Assembly: GCF_020745735.1 (NCBI RefSeq)
Contig: NC_083421.1
Coordinates: 52,133,001-52,197,000, forward strand
From: Hemiscyllium ocellatum
Taxonomy: Eukaryota
Length of the DNA stretch: 64,000 bases
Direction of reading: 5' to 3'
Position 1 is the stretch's first letter, and the number at the start of each line of letters is the position of its first letter. Under the pieces are notes generated by a model. The model was not told the origin of the DNA and did no database searches. It saw only the letters and a program-made list of their open reading frames with translations. Of this stretch, positions 25,991-38,950 are shown piece by piece. The position numbers and the translations under genes were made by a program.

Positions 25991-26179
25991 ATCCCCGGAA
26001 GGACGTTTTAATAATAATTTCCTGCCTTCCTTGTCAAAATAAATCAGAGTGTCCAACCAGTCCACCCTGACCATGTTCCCAAAGTAAACTAGTCCCATCT
26101 GCCTGTGCTTGGCCCATATTTCTCTAAACCTATACTTTCATGAACTTATCCAAATGTCTTTTAAACATTGCACTGTACC

Positions 26180-27508
26180 GTTATTGTGGTTCTGTTCGCC
26201 GAGCTGGGAGTTTTTGTTGCAAACGTTTCGTCCCCTTTCCAGAACAGAACAGACAACAGGACATTGAACCTATTAACAAAGACGGCATACTTAAACTACT
26301 GGACCTGTGCCTCACAACACACTTCACATTCAACAACCAGATATATGAACAAATCAACGGAACACCCATGGGCTCACCGATCTCTGGACTCATAGCAGAA
26401 GCAGTAATGCAAAGGTTAGAACAAACAGTCTTACCGCAAATTCAACCCAAACTATGGGTCAGATACATGGAAGACACCTTTGTAATCATTAAAAGCACAG
26501 AAATAGAGAACACACACCGGATCATCAACGCCACACTCACAGGAATCCGATTCACGAGCTCCCATTCCTAGACGTGATGGTACAGAGAACACCTAACGGA
26601 GAGTTCAGCACAAAGGTATACTGGAAAGCCACACACACAGACCAAGTCCTGAACTATGAAAGCAACCACCCCAACACACACAAACGAAGTTGCGTCAGGA
26701 CACTATTTAAAAGGGCCACAACACACTGCAGCGCACCAGAACTGCAAAAAGAGGAAGAAGAACACTTATACAAGGTATTCACCAAAAGCGGATACCCGTG
26801 CAATTTCATCAACAGATGCCTAAGGGAAAGACAATGAACGAGGACATGCCGCAACCCAAAAGGACTAGCCACACTACCATACATCAGGAGCATTTTTGAA
26901 TTGACAGCCAGACTGCTGCGACCACTAGGACTCATAACAGCACACAAACCAACAGCCACTCTCAGACAACAACAACTCACCAGGACAAAGGACCCGATAC
27001 CCAGCATGAGCAAAACCAACGTAGTGTACAAAATCCCATGCAAGGACTGCACAAAATACTAGATAGAACAAACAGGAAGACAGCTAACAACCCGCATCCA
27101 TGAACACCAACTAGCCACGGGATGACACGACCAGCTATCCTTAATAGTCACACACGCAGATGACAAACAACATGAATTCGACTGGGACAACACTACTATT
27201 ATAGGGCAAGCCAAACAGAGAACAGCCAGGGAATTCCTAGAGGCATGGCACTCATCCACAGATTCTATCAACAAAGACATCGACCTGGACCCAATATCCC
27301 GGCCACTGCAGCGAACAGCAACTGACAACCGGAAGCGGCAGAGACAAGCCACTATAAATGCCGCAGGAAACATCACAGAAGCGCTTCACAGGAGGCTCCC
27401 AAGCACTGAGGATGTCACCTAGAAAGGGGACGAAACATTTGCAACAAAGACTCCCAGCTCGGCAAACAGAACCACAACAACAAGCACCCGAGCTACAAAT
27501 CTTCTCCC
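26180..27508 (+). mobile_element. Penelope-like element (family E, Poseidon-like): RT C-half + GIY-YIG + hammerhead, with inverted 3'-end copy at the 5' junction
   Basis: YEQINGTPMGSPISG, WVRYMEDTF, VYWKATHTDQVLNYESNHP, NVVYKIPCKDC. TSD aaacattgcactgt[a/t]cc at 26163-26179 and 27509-27525. 26180-26240 is the reverse complement of ~27422-27481. Confidence 0.93.
27403..27442 (+). ncRNA. Minimal hammerhead ribozyme of PLE family E
   Basis: gca-CUGAGGA-u-gucacc-uagaaa-ggggac-GAAA-caUU-ugc. Stem I gca/ugc. The inverted copy at 26219-26240 retains GAAACGUU. Confidence 0.7.
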
Positions 27509-27650
27509 AAACATTGCACTGTTCCTGCATCCATCAATTTCTCTGACAATTCATTCCACACAAAAAGCACTCTATATGTAAAAAAGTTGCCTCTTTTTAA
27601 ATCTTTCTCCTCTCAATTTAAAAACAAGCCCCCTAGTTTTGAACTACCCC

Positions 27651-30418
27651 ACAAATGTACAATCTCTGGAGAACAAGATGGATGAACTCAGATCATGGCT
27701 CAGCTTCCAGCAAGACTGCTGTGCACTCTGCTTCACAGAAACCAGGCTCAACCCATCCATTCCCAACTGCACACTTCAGGCTGATGATTTTATACAGTGT
27801 CCTTGGGTAAGACAAAGGGTGGAGGGGTTTGCTTTTTAATCAACAACTTGTGGTGCACAGATATTGCTCCATAAACCGTGAATTCTTCACCATCAGATGC
27901 TGCCCCTTTATCTACTATGGGAATTTACTGCAGTTATATTAACTGCTGTACACATACCGCCACAAAGGATGAGGAAGCTCTCGATATGCTGTACTCTACC
28001 ACTAACACCCTGGAGATGGAACACCCCAAGGACCTGTTTATTGTAACTGGTGACTTCAATCAAGCCAATCTAAGGAAGGTGTTGCTCAAGTACCACCAGA
28101 ACATTACTAGGAATTGTGGGAAGATGAATCTAACCATTTAAAAGACTTACCTCAGGTGTTGGGGGCTCCATTTGCCAAGAGGTGCGAAGGAGGAGCGAAG
28201 GAATTCTGGGAAGGTGAGTTTAACCATTTAAAAAAAACTAGGGACCCGAACATTTTAGACCACTGCTACACCACTGTGAAGGATGCCTACTGCTCCATCC
28301 CTTGCCATCATTTCAGGAACTCCAACCACAATATTGTGTTTCTTCTCCCTACTTACAGGCAAAAGCTCAACCAGGAGACCCCATCACAGATACAGGTCCA
28401 GTGCTGATCAGAGGATCAACTCCAGTGCTGTCTGGAATCGGCTGATTGGGCTATGTTCAAAACAGTCTGCTGGTACCTTGGATGAGTATGCCACCACCGT
28501 CACAGGCTTTATTAGCAAATGTGTGGTGGACTACATACCGAGGAAGTCAATCCGGATGTTCCCCAACAGGAAACCTTGAATGAATCAGGGCATACAGAAC
28601 CTGGTAAAAACCAGGCGTGAGGCTTCAGATCAGGAGACCCATACAAATATAAGGAATCCGAGTAATGACCTTCGCAGAGCCATTAAGATAGCCAAGGACC
28701 AATACCAATCCAAACTAGAGACCCAGACAGACACCTGGTGACTATGGCAAGGACTGAATGACATCACAGGTTCTAAAAAGAGACAGTGCAAGATAGCAGA
28801 CGATGACACATCCCTCTCAGATCGTCTCAACGCCTTCTACGCTTGCTTTGAGCAGAATTTCAGCAGAGAGGTAATACATATTCTGACAGGTCCTGATAAA
28901 CCTATCCTAACAGTCACTGTATCAGAGGTCAGATCAGTTTTCCTTCATGTGAATCCAAGGAAGGCGATGGGACCAGAAGGAGTACCAGGCTTTGCACTGA
29001 TCAACTAGCAGAGGTCTTCTCAGACATCTTCAACCTCTCCCTGCAGCAGGCCACTGTCCCTGCCTGTTTCAAGAGGGCCAATATCATCTCTGTGCCTAAG
29101 AAGGGTGATACAGAATGTTTCAATGACGACCGCCCAGTAGCTCTAACTTCGGTAGTCATGAAGTACTTTGAAAGGCTGGTCATGGCATTAATCAACTCCA
29201 GCCTTCCCAATACTCTTGACCCACTCCAATTTGTCAATCAGAACAACAGATCCATGTCAGATGCCGTATCACTTGCCTTTCACTCCTCCCTAGAACATCT
29301 TGACACCAAGAACAGCTAAGTAAGAATCCTACTCATTGACTACAGTTCAGCCTTCAACACTATTATCCCCTTGAGACTGATTATTAAACTTAGTGATCTC
29401 GGATTAAGTCCCACTCTCTGCAACTGGATCCTCAGTTTCCTGACCCACAGGCCGCAATCAGTGAAGATTGCAGACAATATTTCATCCTCATTAACACTCA
29501 ACACTGGAGCCCCCTCCCCAGGGGTGTGTACTCAGGCCCCTACTGTACGCTCTGTTTACCCATGACTGCATGGCCAAATCCAGACTAATGACATTTACAA
29601 GTTAGCTGATAATACCACTATAGTTGGTCAAATCTCAGATGGTGACGAAACAGGCTACAGACGGGAGGTAGAAGACCTGGAAAAATGGTGCACTCAGCAC
29701 AACCTAGCTCTCAATGCCAGCAAAACCAAAGAACTTATTATTGACTTTCAGCGAGATGTTACTCATGCCCCACTACACATTAACAGCACAGAGGTAGAAC
29801 AAGTGAGAGTGTCAAGCTCCTTGGAGTGGTTATCCACAGCAAGCTTTCTTGGACTCTTCATGTGGACGCACCGATTACAAAGGCCCAATAACTTCTCTTC
29901 TTCCTCAGGCAGCCAAGAATACCCTTGCCAACTTTTATAGGTGCACCATTGAGAGCATTCTATCTGGATGTATCAGTACCTGGTATGACAACTGTACTGT
30001 TCAAGATCGGAGACGGTTACAGAATGTGGTGAACTTGGCCCGGACGATCACAAAGACCAACCTCCCATCTACAGAATCCATCTATCAGACCCACTGTCAT
30101 GGAAAGGCCGCCAGCATTCTCAAAGATCCATCCCACCCTGGCAATGCTTTTCTACAACTCTACCATCAGGATGAAGGTACAGAAGCCTGAACACACACAC
30201 CAGCCTGTTTTGAAACAGTTTCTATCATACTGTCGTTAGAATACTGAATAAACTCACAAACTCTTAGCATTCGTCTGTATCTGTGTTTCTGTTTTGCCGC
30301 TGTTTATCGATTATTTACTTATTTATGCTATTTAACTCTGTGATCTGCCTGTATTACTCACAAGGCAAAGTTTTTCTCTGTACCTCAGTACACGTGACAA
30401 TAAATTCAATTCAATTCA
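27651..30418 (+). mobile_element. Rex1/Babar-clade non-LTR retrotransposon, decayed, near-complete APE-RT
   Basis: [78 protein letters not shown]; tail gtgacaataaa(ttcaa)n. Confidence 0.88.
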
Positions 30419-31262
30419 CCCTCGGGATAAAACCCTTGCCATTTACCTTATATACACCCCTCATGATTTTATAAACTTCGATATCCTCAATCTTTCAAAA
30501 AAAATCCCAGCCTTTCAAATCTATTTTTATATCTCAAACTCTCCATTCCCAGCAACATTTTGGTAAATCTTTTCTGAACCCTCTCCAGTTTAATAATATC
30601 CTTTCCATAACAATATGACCAGAACTGCACACAGTATTCCTGTACACCATCAACATGACGGTCCAGCTCCTATACTCAAAGGTCTGAGCAATGAAGGCAA
30701 GCATGCTAAATGCCTCCTTAACCACCCTGCCTACCTGTGATGCAAAATTCAAATAAATGTGTCCCTGAATCTGTTCTACAACACTATCCAGGTCCCTACG
30801 ATTAACTGTATAAGTCCTGTCCTTGTCTGTATTACTAAAATGCGATACCTTACATTTATCCATATTGAATTCCACCGGCCACTCCTCAGCCGTTGATTCA
30901 ATTGACCAAGGATTGCTTTCAGATAACCTTCTTAAATCTTAGATGACCTTCTTCAAGGTTCACTATACCAATTTTGGGGTCATCTGCAAACTTGCCAACC
31001 ATGCCTCCTGGAGTCTTAACCAAACTTATAAAATTGATTTTCTTTAATTGCCTAGCAATGAAATCTGGATGTTTGCTGGTAGAGTATAATTATTGGGGAT
31101 ATTTGCCAGAAGAAATAAAAATATAATTATCAAGAAAGCTACATAGCAGAAGCAAGAGTTAAGAATAAAGATAAGCTAGTTATTTTATAGTTGCAAGTCA
31201 ATGTGGTTTTGTAATTTCCTAACTAGTAAAAAGTACTGAATTTTTCATTTGCAGTAACTATT

Positions 31263-31545
31263 CGGCACAGTGGTTAGCACCACTGCCTCACAGCACTAGA
31301 AATCTGGGTTCAATTCCCGCCACATTCTCTCCGTGTCTGCGTGGGTTTCCTCCGGGTGCTCCGGTTTCCTCCCACAGTCCAAAAATGTGCAGGTTAGGTG
31401 AATTGGCCATGCTAAATTGCCCGTAGTCTTAGGGGCAGGGGTAAATGTAGGGGAATGGGTCTGGGTGGGTTGCGCTTCAGCGGGTCGGTGTGGACTTGTT
31501 GGGCCGAAGGGCCTGTTCCCACACTGTAAGTAATCTAAATCTAAT
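31263..31545 (+). mobile_element. HE1-type tRNA-derived V-SINE
   Basis: A box cagtggttagc, B box gggttcaattccc, V-domain, CR1-like tail with tctaa repeats. Confidence 0.9.
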
Positions 31546-31734
31546 AATCATCAGAGTTTGAAAGTTTCCAAGGATTTAATAAGCATCTTTGAAGGCTCTA
31601 TTGTTGAATGAAAACAATATAAAGACTGTATTGAATGTCAACTTTCAAATGAACTCAAAAGCTTTATCCCAGATTTAATAACCAGAATAACAGATGACTG
31701 CAGTTTTGAATATTTTTAGTCATGAATTTAAAGA

Positions 31735-32477
31735 AAAGAGAGGGTCTTTCCATAGGTTCTGAGCTGGGGATCATACGCTCTGACTGTTATTCTTTTTCTG
31801 TCTTTTCTTTTTGTTTCTTCCTCTTTCCTTTACTTACCTCTTGTCCTGAGCTCTGATGACATCAGCAGCGGTGTGGGATCCTAGTGTGGTCTTGGATTGG
31901 TCCAGTACAGATTTCGTGACTGCGGCGAGTGGGCCCAGCATGGACTTATGTGAGCCCCTACTTATGGGACCTGGCATCAAAATTGGTGGCTGCTACATTG
32001 ACTGAGATGGCATTGGTGAGGTGGTCCTAGTTGCGAAAGATGGTGCCTGAGGATCAGTGACTTCATCATTGTTTGGGACGAGTACTGGTGTTGCTGAAGC
32101 AGAGGCCGCAGGGCATTAAGGTGGGCCCAGCGATGAGATGCAACGTGATGTTGATGGGTCCGGTGCAGGTGGCAGCGAAACAGTAGCAGTAGCAGAGGTG
32201 AATCAACTCAGTGGTGAAAAATGGCTCTTGAAGAGTGGTGACTTCAATGTTTGTAGGGTCTGGTGTGGACAGTGGTGGGGCAGTGGAGGAGGGATGGCAA
32301 CTCAGGCACCATTGATGATGAGCTGGCTTAAGACTATTTAAGCAATGTCTACATTTTTTTCTTATTCTTAAATTATTCAAAATAGTGCCAGATCGTGGGG
32401 ACAGTGGAAAAGCTTTTCACTGTATTTTACTGTTTTTCTCACTTAAGATACGTGTGACAATAAAATCATTCATTCAT
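31735..32477 (+). mobile_element. Non-coding element with Rex1-type 3' tail
   Basis: Ends aaagcttttcactgta...cgtgtgacaataaaatcattcattca, resembling the Rex1 end at 30367-30418. Body is G-rich and non-coding; 5' boundary uncertain. Confidence 0.55.
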
Positions 32478-32559
32478 CTTGCACAGATATAAGACAGTAC
32501 TCAATTATGCACTTGGTAAGAGTAATTTTACAAAATTCAATTACACTGCAAAACCATGG

Positions 32560-32644
32560 CAACCACCTGATGAAGGAGCAACTCTCCAAAAACTACTGCT
32601 TCCAAATAAACCTGTTGGACTATAACCTGGTGTTGTGTGATGTT
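32560..32644 (+). mobile_element. ~85 bp PLE family B hammerhead+tail insertion
   Basis: cac-CTGATGA-aggagc..ctcc-aAAA followed by the family B tail; flanked by aaccatgg at 32552-32559 and 32646-32653. Confidence 0.78.
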
Positions 32645-34279
32645 TAACCATGGGAATGTGAGCACATACTGCAAAATTTTGCAGTGCAATTGAATTTTGT
32701 AAAATTACCCATATATTCTGCTGATTTAGTCGATAATGTTGTTTGGTAAAGCAAATATATTGGAGTTATTATCTTTCAGAAATATCCATGGGAAAAATAT
32801 AGGTCAGAATTTTATTCTTTTTGCACTAAATATTGGAGCATTAATAACATCCTGGCTACAAGGAAACCTACCTGGATTATGTGCTAATCAGATACTTTAA
32901 GTGTTGAATGGCAGTCTTCCAATCTGTCAGGTGTTCCAGCCATGAGATCTGCCCTGCCTGTGACTGTCGCCCTCTAACTAGTAGCTGCACAGAGTCATTG
33001 GAGGCCTAGGCTGCTCAACCATGAAACTCAAGAATAGGGAAGAGGCAGGTTTTTTTTAGATGGGAGTGGTTGGAAGATGGTGCTCTAGCAGATAGGAGGC
33101 GAGGTCAGAGATCTGTTTAGCAGCCACCCTTTTCCCTCTAAGCAGGGAGCAAATGGAGCCTCCTGTAACCAACCACGGCCAAAAAAAAATCAGGCAAACA
33201 CTTTCCTTGCCTGCGAGCTCTGCAGATAATTGAGGTGTTAGGAATTTGAGGCTCCAGGACCTTAATTAGTGGTGGGTCAGGAAAGTCATCCATGGACTCT
33301 CTCACCCAGGAATTCATTACTAGGGTGGCAAGGAGGAGATGGATATCTTTCTAATGCCAACCCCTGATTATTTGCCCTTCCGACAACCTGCCCTACCCCT
33401 TCAAAATGGAGAAAATATATCCTGTGTTTTCAAATTTTGTGTAATGCCATTACCTTTTCTCTGTGATACACAGTATAGTACTTCACTTATTATCCCTATA
33501 GTGTAAGGTTCTAAACACCAGCACCTTTAAGCCCTAGGAAATAAGTGATGCCAAAACCAATGTCAGTCAGGGCTTTGACCCAGTGCATCCATTTAAAAAA
33601 AAAAATTTTTCAAGGATGTGGTGTCATTCATATGGCTAGTATTTATTGCCAAGAGGGCAGTTAAGAGTCGACCACATTGGTCTCGGTCTGGAATCACATG
33701 TAGGCCAGACTGGGTAAGAACAGCAGTTTTCCTTCCCTAAAGGACATTAATAAATCAGACCAACTTTCACACCAATCAACATGCCATTAGATGAATGTTT
33801 TATTCCAGATTTCTGTTGAATTCAACTTTTGTGGTCTAATTTGACCATATGTTCTCAGGACAATAATCTGGTATTCTGGATTACTAGTCTTATGACATTA
33901 CCATTATGCCATCACCAATTCCAGATTTCCTTCTGGTTTGGACTTCAGTCCTCTCAACAATGATAGCATTCAATTACACAGAAGCATATAATACATCGTT
34001 AATAAACCTGCAGGTACCATACAATTCATAAAGTAGAATGCATGTTATAATCCTCTGCAAATTGAAATTTGGAAATATTATGAATGTCTGAGTGCAGGCT
34101 AAAGACAATGGTTCAGAGTAAAAGGTTCATGGAGCATTTCTTGCTGTGATCCCAAATGCATTTTCACACACTATTATCTGTAACATGCCTCATTATCTAT
34201 GCACTATGCCTCAATGGCACTTTGCTAATGTTACCTTACTTCTTGCCAAAGGCAGAGGTACTCACTACTACTAGCACTA

Positions 34280-35120
34280 ATTTAGACAGTTTAGGAGAGT
34301 GGTCCAGGAAATGGCTGATGAAATTCAACGTAAGCAAATGTGAGGTTGTCACTTTGGAAAAAAGAACACGGGTGGGACTATTTTCTAAATGGTGAAATGA
34401 TTCATAAAACTGAAGTGCAAAGGGATCTTGTTGTGCGAGTCCAGGATTCTCTAAAGGTTAACTGCAGGTTGAGTCCATGATTAAGAAAGCAAATGTAATG
34501 TTGTCAGTTATCTCAAGAGGATTGGAATATAAAAGCAGCAATGTGCTTCTGAGACTTTATAAAGCTCCAGTTAGGCCCCATTTGGAAAACTGTCCAATTT
34601 TGGGCCCTACACCTCAGGAAGGACACACTGGCACTGGAGCATGTCCAGTGGAGATTCACACGGATGATCCATGGAATGGTAGGCCTAACAGCTAAGGATC
34701 ATGGGATTGTATTTATTAGAGTTTAGAAGGTTGAGGGGAGATCTAGTAGAAACTTTTAAGATAATGCATGGCTTAGAAAGGGTGGATGCTGGGAACTTGT
34801 TTCCATCAGGCAGGGATACTAGGACCCGTGGGCACAGCCTTAGAATTAGAGGGAGTCAATTAAAACAGAAATGGGGAGATACTTCTTCAGTCAGAGAGTG
34901 GTGGGCCTGTGGAATTCATTGCCATGGAGCACAGTGGAGGCCGGAACGTTAAATGAATCCGAGGCAGAGATTGATAAATTCTTGATCTCGCAAGGAATTA
35001 AGGGTTACGGGGAGAGTATGGGGAAGTGGCGTTGAAATGCTCATCAGCCATGATTATGGTGGAGTGGACTTGATGGGCTGAATGGCCTTACCTCCAATCC
35101 TATGTCGTATGGTCTTATGG
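34280..35120 (+). mobile_element. CR1 3' fragment (second copy of the same subfamily at ~35985-36612)
   Basis: WLMKFNVSKCEV, RGLEYKS, LEFRRLRGDL, (tcttatg)-type tail; the two copies are closely similar. Confidence 0.88.
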
Positions 35121-35689
35121 ACCTGCCAGGACTCCTGGTGCTGGCTGTATTTTTAAAGTCAAGTCATACATCTAGTCAAGTAGTGCCAGCAAGGAGTTGC
35201 CCTTCACTGTGCAAAATGGGAGGGGAACCAAAAAGAATGCTTCTCAGAGCACATAAGTGGTACAGCTTCATTGTTTATATAAGTGTACATTAATATATTG
35301 CTATTTAAAAATAAAGCTACTCAAGTTAACTGTCGTTAGCATCATCCTATTTTAGACCCCTGTCAATGAGCATGCTACTATTTCCCCAGTGCCCAGTGGA
35401 ACCATCACATAATGGAAAGCCATCAAATAGTTGAAAATACTTACTTTTATTCAGAACATCAAAAGTAAAGAAAAAAGCCAATCACAATCTTCTGGGAACA
35501 AATAGGTTCTGCTTGCCTTTTGGGTAGCAACAGATTTACAGTCAGAGTGATCATTGCATCCAGTTCACACCTCTTGGATGTATTTATGTATCATTGTCTT
35601 CATGTGCTATGTCTAACTTCACGAGCCAGTGCTGCAGACCTTTATCATCTGAAGGTATTCTTCTTGCTCAAAGCCCTTATCTTCCTCAT

Positions 35690-37200
35690 CAGAAGACTGC
35701 TGCCACTTTCTCAGTTTTCTAGAGCCCATCACATCCTCCGTTGTCCTGCTCTAGTGGTACAGTGCATTTAAGAATGACAACATTCATTGTCTGAACTGTA
35801 TTGCAAATACAATGTGCACATATGCACACCACTATCATCACTACCAACCAATCAAAACATAGGAACCTCATCTTCAGTAAATGTATCATCTGCTCCACAA
35901 TGGGCCTGGTCAAAGAATGGACAAGATTGTGTCTGCATTGGCCTCAATCAGGAGTTGTGTAATAGAGTCATCAACCATGGTTGCAGAGGGTAGCCTGTGT
36001 CTTATCATTTATCTCAAGAGGGTTAGTATGTAAAAGCAGCAATGTGCTGCTGGGACTTTATAAAGCTCTATTTGGAACGCTGTGTCCAGTTTTGGGCCCC
36101 ACACCTCAGGAAGGACACACTGGCACTGGAGTGTGTCCAGCCGAGATTACACAGATGGAAAGGGAGGCTTAACATACGATGAACAGCTGAGGATCCTGGG
36201 ATTATATTCATTAGAGTTTAGAAGGTTGAGGGGAAATCTAATAGAAACTTACAAGATAATGCATGGCTTAGAAAGGGTGGATGCTGGGAATTTGTTTCCA
36301 TCAGGCGGGGATACTAGGACCTGTGGGCACAGCCTTGGAATTAGAGGGGGTCAATTTAAAACTGAAATGAGACAATTCTTCAGCCAGAGAGTGGTGGGCC
36401 TTTGGAACTCACTGCCATGGAGCGCAGTAGAGGCCGGATCGTTGAATGTCTTCAAGGCAAAGATTCATAAATTCTTGATCTCACAAGGAATTAAGGGCTA
36501 TGGGGAGAGTGCACGTAAGTGGAATTGAAATGCCCATCAGCCATGATTGAATGGCGGAGTGGACTCGATGGGCCAAATGGACTTACTTCCACTCCTAAGT
36601 CTTATGCTCTTATAGTCTCCCAGTAACAATGCCAGTCATAAAAATGTAAGGCATCCAGCCCTTGATGGTTTACATACACTTCCATACAATAGGACATGGA
36701 AGACTCCAACAAAGATAATCATGGAATGCCTTTACATCGAGCTTTGACAAAGAAACTTTATTCCAATGAATGTAACAGAAGCCATGTTGCACACACAGTA
36801 GGGGATTGTAGGATTGCTGTATGATTGCTGATTTTTTTGTTCACCTATCTCCCACATTACCCAAGAAAGGCAGCATCACACATAAAAATACTTGCAGTTC
36901 TTGATGTGAGAAAATCAGTACCATGCCATTGTGCAGCCTGAGAGATATTGAATTGTCTTTGTGAATTGTGGAGCATAGATGTCACTTTTAATGGTAGCTG
37001 TGATTACTTCTACTTCACAGGGATGGCTGTCATCTGATCAATGGCATAGTCAGGATTGCTTATGATGAAGATTTGTATCTCGCACAGTTTCATACTTCAT
37101 GCATTTCAAATGCAGTGCACATTAAATACAAACTACTTCAACCTGTACTGTGAAAGTGGCCATTTAGTGTAGTTGCCTCTTAAAGGGTCTCACATTGCTT
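35690..37200 (-). mobile_element. Harbinger transposase relic interrupted by CR1 (35985-36612)
   Basis: ORF 35719..35913 TRPIVEQMIHLLKMRFLCFD..IVVCICAH; LLGD at ~36615-36627; KVT motif near 36980. Confidence 0.65.
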
Positions 37201-37829
37201 ACAAGTAGAGATCAGGTGCCCAGAGAGAAACAAAATATATCATCTCCCTGAGCCATGGCCCCACAGCTTAGTAATGCCAACAATCATACTGCACTGTCCC
37301 CCCATTGAAGTCAAGGTGGTTGTGACCATCGACAACCCCACCCCCATCCCACTGTAATCTATATGTTGCAATGCACTATTGTCTCCATCACATACATTCA
37401 GTTTTCTCCTTTACTGATATTGACCCCAACAATTCCCTATATGCTGCTTTCACTCCTCAGAATTGCCTTCCCCAACTTCCCTACCACATCACTGACCCTC
37501 TTTAAATACCCAAATTTGATGGACAGCCAGACTGATGATGGACCTGACCCCTGATTGATGTCTCTGCTGTTACCTGACTTGTTTGCATTGACTTCCTGGA
37601 TTAATTAAACTGGATCTGCAGGACTGGCAACGGATCATCCTCCAGTAAATAGTAACATGGACCCCCTCCCTCTGACTGCCCAAGTGGCCGACTGACTGTC
37701 CAAACCCCTAGACTGATATCAGATGCTGCCTTGAATTACTATGCCAGGACATCATGACTACAGGCTGTCTGCCTTGGCCTGACTGTGGACTATTGCCCTT
37801 AGACTTTATGACCCTAAATAGCCAGGCCT

Positions 37830-38950
37830 CAGAGTCATAGAGACGTATAGCATGGAAACAAACCCTTCAGTCCAACCCATTCATGCTGACCAGATATCCC
37901 AATCCAATCTAGTCCCACCTGCCAGCAACTGGCCCATATCCCTCCAAACCCTAGCTATTCATAAACCCATCCAAATACCTCTTAAATGTTGCAATTGTAG
38001 TAGCCTCCACCATTTCCTCTGGCAGCTCATTCCATACATGTACCGCCCTCTCTGTGAAAAATTTGCCCCTTAAGTCTCTTTTATATCTTTCACCTCTCAC
38101 CCTAAACCTATGCCCTCTAGTTCTGGATACCCTGACTTCAGGGAAAAGACTTTGCCTATTTACCCAATCCATGCCCCCTCATAATTTTGTAAACCTCTAT
38201 AAAATCACTGACGCTCCAGGGAAAACAGCCCCAGCCTGTTCAGCCTCTCCCTATAGCTCAAATCTTCCAACCCTGGCAACATCCTTGGAAATCTTTTCTG
38301 AACCAAGTTTCAAGTTTCACAACATCTTTCCAATAGGAAGGAGACCAGAATTGCACACAATATTCCAACAGTGCCCTAACCAATGTCCTGTACAGCCGCA
38401 ACACGACTTCCCAACTCCTGTACTCAATACTCTGACCAATAAAGGAAAGCATACCAAACGCCTTCTTCACTATCCTATCTACTTGCGACTCCACTTTCAA
38501 GGGACTATGAACCTGCACTCCAAGGTCTCTTTGTTCAGCAACACTCCCTAGGACCTTACCATTAAGTGTATAAGTCCTGCTAAGATTTGCTTTCCCTCGC
38601 ATTTATCTGAATTAAACTCCATCTGCCACTTCTCAGCCCATTGACCCATCTGGTCAAGATCCTGTTGTAATCTGAGGTAACCCTCTTCGCTGTCCACTAC
38701 ACCTCCAATTTTGGTGTCATTTGCAAACTTACTAACTGTACCTCTTATGCTCGCATCCAAATCATTTATGTAAATGACAAAACGTCAAGGACCCAGCACC
38801 GATCCTTGAGGCACTCCACTGGTCAGAGGCCTCCAGTCTGAAAAACAACCCTCCACCACCACCCTCTGTCTTCTACCTTTGAGCCAGTTCTGTATCCATA
38901 TGGCTAGTTCTCCTTGTATTCCGCGAGATCTAACCTTGCTAACCAGTCTT
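37830..38950 (-). mobile_element. Young CR1/HER1-type LINE, 5'-truncated
   Basis: GVPQGSVLGP, FANDTK, LEYCVQFWSP; same subfamily as 5445-6780. Confidence 0.93.

Larger units (their letters stand above)
18765..25996 (-). mobile_element. Full-length decayed L1-clade LINE (5' UTR, ORF1, APE-RT ORF2, poly-A end)
   Basis: ORF2 start MANDLIKWCTWN at 24346, LQETHL, GKAPGPDGFPSEFYK, LFTLVIEPLA, YVDNIL. ORF1 KIMFFQDFS and IVEASR. TSD ggaaggac at 18757-18764 and 25997-26004; AATAAA near 18781. Confidence 0.9.
26045..31020 (-). mobile_element. CR1 LINE 3' portion split into three pieces (26045-26176, 27523-27650, 30419-31020) by PLE and Rex1 insertions
   Basis: ORF 30534..30875 MEFNMDKCKVSHF...EAFSMLAFIAQTFEYRSW; the sequence is collinear across both insertions. 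Confidence 0.8.

Noticed and set aside
31263-31330. tRNA gene
   Set aside because: The A/B boxes belong to a SINE head; no cloverleaf, and the sequence continues into the V-domain.
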